Source: Pseudomonadota bacterium
Lineage (GTDB): Bacteria > Bdellovibrionota_B > Oligoflexia > Silvanigrellales > Silvanigrellaceae
Length of the DNA: 64,000 bases
NCBI GenBank assembly: GCA_039799905.1
Contig: JBDLRP010000019.1
Coordinates: 32,001-96,000, forward strand
Reading direction: 5' to 3'
Shown here: positions 59,704-64,000 of the stretch, one piece after another
How positions within the stretch are numbered: the stretch's first letter is position 1
How the letters are laid out: each line of letters begins with the position of its first letter
Notes under the pieces: generated by a model
Databases searched by the model: none
What the model was told of the DNA's origin: nothing
What the model saw: the letters and a program-made list of their open reading frames with translations, nothing else
Program-made: the position numbers and the translations under genes

Positions 59704-59845
59704 AGATGCGACCTCGAAAAGTGTTCGGCCGTGCAAGTCCGGCAGCAAGAAAAATATGCCTGAGAAGAACGACGGACTCAAAGTTACCTTACCGTGACGG
59801 TCGTCAGCCGTGCCGATGCTCGTGCAATTTTTGCCGCAGTCCCGA

Positions 59846-59872
59846 TGAATCATTTTTCAAATGTTCCGATGA
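59846..59872 (+). promoter_or_regulatory. Possible sigma28-like promoter of the fusion-motAB operon
   Basis: TGAA-N15-TCCGATGA, 55 bp upstream of ATG 59928. Confidence 0.25.
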
Positions 59873-59927
59873 GGTGCGGTGGCAGGAGAGGCGGATGATC
59901 CGCTAGTTCTGCAGAAGGCAGAGGAAC

Positions 59928-62201
59928 ATGAAGCGCTTGAATTTTAAAAATTCAACATACATTGTCGGGTTGCGCCGCGCGTTGGTGCAGTCGCTGGTGT
60001 CTGCGCGGCGTGGTCTTCTTTACTGTTTGCTTTTTTTGACACTGCTCTTGGGCGGAATATGGCCACACTCGCTTTTGGCACAGACAAGTGGTCGCGCAAC
60101 ACTGACGCAGACTCTTGATGCAAAGGTTGCCGAGGCTGAGCAGTTCCTTGAAGAACGTCTCAACAAGCGGTTGGAAGCCGTCACGGATCCGCCTTTCCTG
60201 ACAACTGTCCGAGTCGATTTTCCCGTGACAAAGCTCAATTCGCTGCGACAGTCGGCGGGTGGTAACGTGTCGAAACTCTCGCGCGGTGCTTTGTCAAAAG
60301 GGATCAGCAACGACGACGCGCTCATCAGCCTGCTCAATGCACTGACACCGCTGGAAATCCTCTCCAACGCGCAACGGGTTACAGTTGTTGTCACGTTGGA
60401 CCAAACCTTTCCCAAGGATTCGGTTGCCGATCTCAAAACAACCCTGCAGTCGTACCTGCGTCTGAATTCGAAGCGCGGCGACAAGCTCGACATCAATCAG
60501 AAGGACCTCACAGCCGGCCGTTCGAAGTCGAAGGTGGAGAGGGCCGAAAAGGAAAGTCAGCAATACAAGAGCCAGATTGACAATCTGCAGCGAGAGCTTG
60601 AGGCCATCCGCCGGCGCGAGGGTGATGCACAGCGCGACGTGACCGAAGCACGTCGTAAAGAGCAGGACGCGCAGGCTCAATTGCGCGAGGCACAGCGTGC
60701 GACCGAAGATGCCAAGCAAAAGCAGCGCGAGGAGCAGGACAAAGCAGCAAAGGCGGAGGAAGAACGGCGCAAGCTTTCCGTTGAAATCGACGATCTTAAA
60801 AAGCAGATCACCGAGCTCACTGAAAAGAATAAAGACATTGCTGAAGAGGCAAAAACGCCGATCGGGAGGTTCAAAAAGCTTGTCGCAGGTCTCGAATTGC
60901 CGTTGACGGTTGTACCGGCGGTGCTTATCGGGCTGATAGGAATTCTGGTGATCGTTTTGATTCAAACCTCGCGCGTCAAGTCGGCTAGCACCGACATGAC
61001 ACAGACAATGATCCAGGTTTCAGCAGCTGTGGCAAAAATCGGCGAATCGATTGTTCAGGCCGCCAAGGTACAGGGCAAGCAACAGGGCGATGCAATCAAT
61101 GTATCCGCAGGCGGAGCTGCAGCCCTTCAACAGAACATGCAATCATCCAACGATTCCACCTCCGAGGAGCTCATCGCTCTTGAGAAGGAAGCACAAAGCC
61201 TTCTCGCAGATATGAATCAAAGCCGGTATCCGATGCTCAGTATTCTTAAAGACTGGCTTGCAGACAAGCGCGAGCGCACCAAGTTTGCAGGATTCTCGGA
61301 GGCTGTCGGGCCCAACGCCGCGCGCGAAATCTTCAAAGTCTTTCCCAAGGAAGAGGTCGAGGCTCTTGGCAACGCATTGTATGAGCCACTGGCAAAGGCA
61401 CAGGCTTATAAGGTGGTTCTCCAGCTCTACCGGCTCGCCGGACGCGAAATCAGCCGCAAGCCGAGTTACTTTACAAATCTCGACCTCACATACCTCATTG
61501 GTGCCACCGACATCGAACTCAGCAACGCGTTGTCCGAAGCCGGCACTGTCGAGGCCGCGCGGTTGATGGTTCTGCTCACACCCGAGCGTTGTGCGCGCAT
61601 CATTCCGGGCATCCGTAATCACGACAGCATGGAATTGCTCGAGGCGATGCGGGAGTCGACCGGGATGAGCGAGGACGATGCCAAGGCTGCACTTGCCGAC
61701 GTCAAGGGCAGAATGAACAACGACCGCGGCGGTGACTCCAAGTTCGACGTCACCAACCACCTCATGCTCATGCTCGATGCTCCCAATCCGGAGTTCAGAA
61801 CGGCGGTCAGCCGTGTTCTGCGCGCCGACAAGCAGCTCTCGCAGCAAGTGGGCTCGCGCGTTGTCACCATCGAGGAGGTTCTCCGCTTGGATGATGAAAC
61901 ACTTGCCGAGCTGCTCGCTGAACTCGAGCCTGCCGATGTTGCGACTCTGCTTGTGTCATTGCCAGAGGAGTTGAATGATCGCATCAATCAGTTCTTCACT
62001 TCAAACAAGATCCAGGCCGCCATCCGTCAGGAGCTCGACAAGTTCGAGCGCTCAAAGATGGCACGAAAGCGTGCGGAATTCGAAGGTCAAAAGATACAGG
62101 CTGCACTCATCCGTCAAGTCAAGGACATGCGCGAGCAGGGCCTGATTGAAATGGCGGATGATGGCGAGTCCGGCGGTGAAGAAGAGGCGGAGGCATCCTG
62201 A
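59928..62201 (+). CDS. FliF(RBM3)-coiled coil-TM-FliG fusion protein
   Basis: Signal-like N-terminus; RBM3-like EQFLEERLNKRL...VRVDF / RVTVVVTLD...LNSKRGDKLDI; coiled coil aa ~199-309; one TM; FliF-tail-like ILKDWL; FliG N/M/C-like segments (VGPNAAREIFKVF, LDDETLAELL, IQAALIRQVKDMREQGLI). Confidence 0.78.
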   Translation: MKRLNFKNSTYIVGLRRALVQSLVSARRGLLYCLLFLTLLLGGIWPHSLLAQTSGRATLTQTLDAKVAEAEQFLEERLNKRLEAVTDPPFLTTVRVDFPVTKLNSLRQSAGGNVSKLSRGALSKGISNDDALISLLNALTPLEILSNAQRVTVVVTLDQTFPKDSVADLKTTLQSYLRLNSKRGDKLDINQKDLTAGRSKSKVERAEKESQQYKSQIDNLQRELEAIRRREGDAQRDVTEARRKEQDAQAQLREAQRATEDAKQKQREEQDKAAKAEEERRKLSVEIDDLKKQITELTEKNKDIAEEAKTPIGRFKKLVAGLELPLTVVPAVLIGLIGILVIVLIQTSRVKSASTDMTQTMIQVSAAVAKIGESIVQAAKVQGKQQGDAINVSAGGAAALQQNMQSSNDSTSEELIALEKEAQSLLADMNQSRYPMLSILKDWLADKRERTKFAGFSEAVGPNAAREIFKVFPKEEVEALGNALYEPLAKAQAYKVVLQLYRLAGREISRKPSYFTNLDLTYLIGATDIELSNALSEAGTVEAARLMVLLTPERCARIIPGIRNHDSMELLEAMRESTGMSEDDAKAALADVKGRMNNDRGGDSKFDVTNHLMLMLDAPNPEFRTAVSRVLRADKQLSQQVGSRVVTIEEVLRLDDETLAELLAELEPADVATLLVSLPEELNDRINQFFTSNKIQAAIRQELDKFERSKMARKRAEFEGQKIQAALIRQVKDMREQGLIEMADDGESGGEEEAEAS

Positions 62202-62240
62202 TATGAACGCCAGTCGCCAGTTGCTTGAGAAAGGGCAGTT

Positions 62241-63035
62241 ATGAATTCAACCGTCATAGGTTTCATTCTCGCGTGGGTGTTTTGTTTTTACATCATTCAG
62301 CACTCCGTCAAGGACCTGAAGGTGTTCAACGACATTCCCGGATTTTTGTTGATCGTCGGTTGCACCGTGGCGATGTCGCTTATGGCCAACACATTAGAAG
62401 AAAATAAAAGAATTTTTAAAGCCATGACAGATGGCTTCAAGCGGCGGGTCGACAAAAAACAGGAAATTGTCACCGAGATTGTCACCGTTGCCAAAGTTAC
62501 CAACGGTGATACGCGTATGCTGGAACAACAATTGGGCAGCATTCAGCAGCCGTTCTTCAAAGAAGGCGTCGGTCTCATTTTGGACCGCTTCAAGCCCGAT
62601 CAAATTGAATCGATCATGTCTGACCGTATCGAAAGTCACAAACAATACCTTCACAAAAAAACACATGGCCTGAAAGCTTTGGCTAAGTATCCTCCGGCAT
62701 TCGGAATCATTGCCTGTGTGGTGTCGCTGATTGCGGTGATGCAGCGTCTGGGCGGCGAGCTCAAAGCAGGCGATCTAGGGCCGTCCATGGCGGTCGGGTT
62801 GGTGGGAACACTGATCGGACTGCTGGCAGCAAACTTCATCATCATGCCCTTGGGCGAGAACTCGGAGCATCGAGATAAAATCGAACTCAAGGAACGTGAA
62901 ATTATTTTGCAGGGTGTGTTGATGCTCGCAAACAAGGAAACACCGCTCTTTGTGCAAGAAAAACTCAACTCCTATCTGAAGGAAGACAAACGAGTGGATG
63001 TGCTGGGAGTCGGCGGGGGTGGAAAAGCGGCATAA
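62241..63035 (+). CDS. motA: MotA/PomA-family stator A subunit
   Basis: 264 aa, four TMs; LLIVGCT, PFFKEGVGL, YPPAFGII, MAVGLVGTLIGLLAANFIIMPLG, IILQGVL...P...EKL. Confidence 0.92.
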   Translation: MNSTVIGFILAWVFCFYIIQHSVKDLKVFNDIPGFLLIVGCTVAMSLMANTLEENKRIFKAMTDGFKRRVDKKQEIVTEIVTVAKVTNGDTRMLEQQLGSIQQPFFKEGVGLILDRFKPDQIESIMSDRIESHKQYLHKKTHGLKALAKYPPAFGIIACVVSLIAVMQRLGGELKAGDLGPSMAVGLVGTLIGLLAANFIIMPLGENSEHRDKIELKEREIILQGVLMLANKETPLFVQEKLNSYLKEDKRVDVLGVGGGGKAA

Positions 63036-63053
63036 GAATTGACGAGGTGATTT

Positions 63054-64000
63054 TTGGCGCGCGGCTTGTTCGATAACTCAAGAGATCCATCTTCGCCCGC
63101 AGACAGCGCGGCGGGGAAAACTCTTGACAAAAAAAAGCTGCCGCAGATGCCTCTTCCAAAAAGAAAGAGCAGTTCTGAAGACGAGGGCGGCGGTGGCGGC
63201 GGTCATGAAAGTGATGACACACTCTGGCTCTACAGCTTCAACGACATGCTTTTCAATTTGCTGCTTTTTTTTATCGTGATGTACTCAATTTCACAAGTCG
63301 ACGAAAAGAAATTTGCGGAAGTTCAGCAGGCACTTCAAGGCGATAAAAAGCCGGCGCTGCTCAAAGACGATGACAAGGAAGGCGTTGTGGTCGGTCCACG
63401 CAACGGCGCGCTCGATGCCAAGCAGCTTGCCTCATCCGGTGGTGAGGCAGGCGGTGACAAAAGCGCCGAAATTGCCGCTGCAATCCGCTTTATGCTCGAG
63501 CGTTCGGAAAAATCAAAAGTCAAACTTGCCAAGGGTGCGGGCAAGGAAGATGAAAAGAAGGAAGAGAAAAACAACAAAAAGAGCAAATATATTTCGGGAA
63601 CCAATATCCCGCTTCCGATGAAACTTGTTTTTCCCCACACCGAATTTTTTCAAAAAGGCACTGCCGATTTGAGCCCCGAGGGGGCTGAGAATCTCTCGCG
63701 CCTCGCAGAAGAAATTAAAGCAGTCGAGAAGCTCGGCCGCGCAGATATCGAGGTGCATACCGAATTTTCCCGCGATATGATTGCTAATCTTAAAGGGCAG
63801 TCGCAGCTCAGTACACTCAAAATCGCGACACTGCGCGCCGGTGTGATGTTCGAGTATTTTGTCAAAGGAGGAGTTCCGCACAAGAAGGTGGTGAGCGCCG
63901 GTTATGCCGACGGACGCCCTATTGTTCTCGGTGAGAATCTGACCCCACAGCAGCGCGCTGATTTTTCAGCCAGCAACGATCGTGTCATTGTTAGTCTGTT
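63054..64000 (+). CDS. motB: MotB-family stator B subunit (3' end runs off window)
   Basis: Not in the ORF track; TTG 63054 after GAGGTGA (alternative ATG 63147). WLYSFNDMLFNLLLFFIVMYSISQVDEKKF (TM Asp plus plug), then an OmpA-like domain FFQKGTADL...IEVHTE...LRA...GYADGRP...NDRV. Confidence 0.9.
   Translation, partial: MARGLFDNSRDPSSPADSAAGKTLDKKKLPQMPLPKRKSSSEDEGGGGGGHESDDTLWLYSFNDMLFNLLLFFIVMYSISQVDEKKFAEVQQALQGDKKPALLKDDDKEGVVVGPRNGALDAKQLASSGGEAGGDKSAEIAAAIRFMLERSEKSKVKLAKGAGKEDEKKEEKNNKKSKYISGTNIPLPMKLVFPHTEFFQKGTADLSPEGAENLSRLAEEIKAVEKLGRADIEVHTEFSRDMIANLKGQSQLSTLKIATLRAGVMFEYFVKGGVPHKKVVSAGYADGRPIVLGENLTPQQRADFSASNDRVIVSL

Noticed and set aside
63313..63883. Short ORFs at the window end
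   Set aside because: They overlap the motB frame, which runs off the window.

Overview
Gene-dense bacterial window (GC roughly mid-50s by eye). Its content (many lipoproteins, outer-membrane barrels, CxxCH proteins, a DUF1501 cluster, a vWA lipoprotein, MRP-like ABC halves) resembles Bdellovibrionota/Oligoflexia-type organisms; this is an inference. The left part carries a truncated DUF4175-like gene, a DnaQ-like exonuclease, tRNA-Ala(GGC), a DUF1501 envelope operon, a two-gene ABCC/MRP-like exporter split by a cytochrome gene, a GH38/DUF4434/AGE-epimerase/SSS sugar operon and a degraded HEPN-MNT pair. The most notable region is 38.3-64 kb. One arm encodes a natural FliF(RBM3 + C-tail)-FliG fusion with a long periplasmic coiled coil, followed by motA and motB. 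The divergent arm encodes a PEGA-TPR lipoprotein, a small outer-membrane beta-barrel, a 6167-aa Ig-repeat lipoprotein with nine ~375-aa Cys-patterned units, and a downstream exported protein. No other flagellar genes occur in the window. This looks like a candidate non-flagellar, MotAB-driven rotary machine linked to a giant surface adhesin. All family calls come from motif recognition by eye, not database searches.
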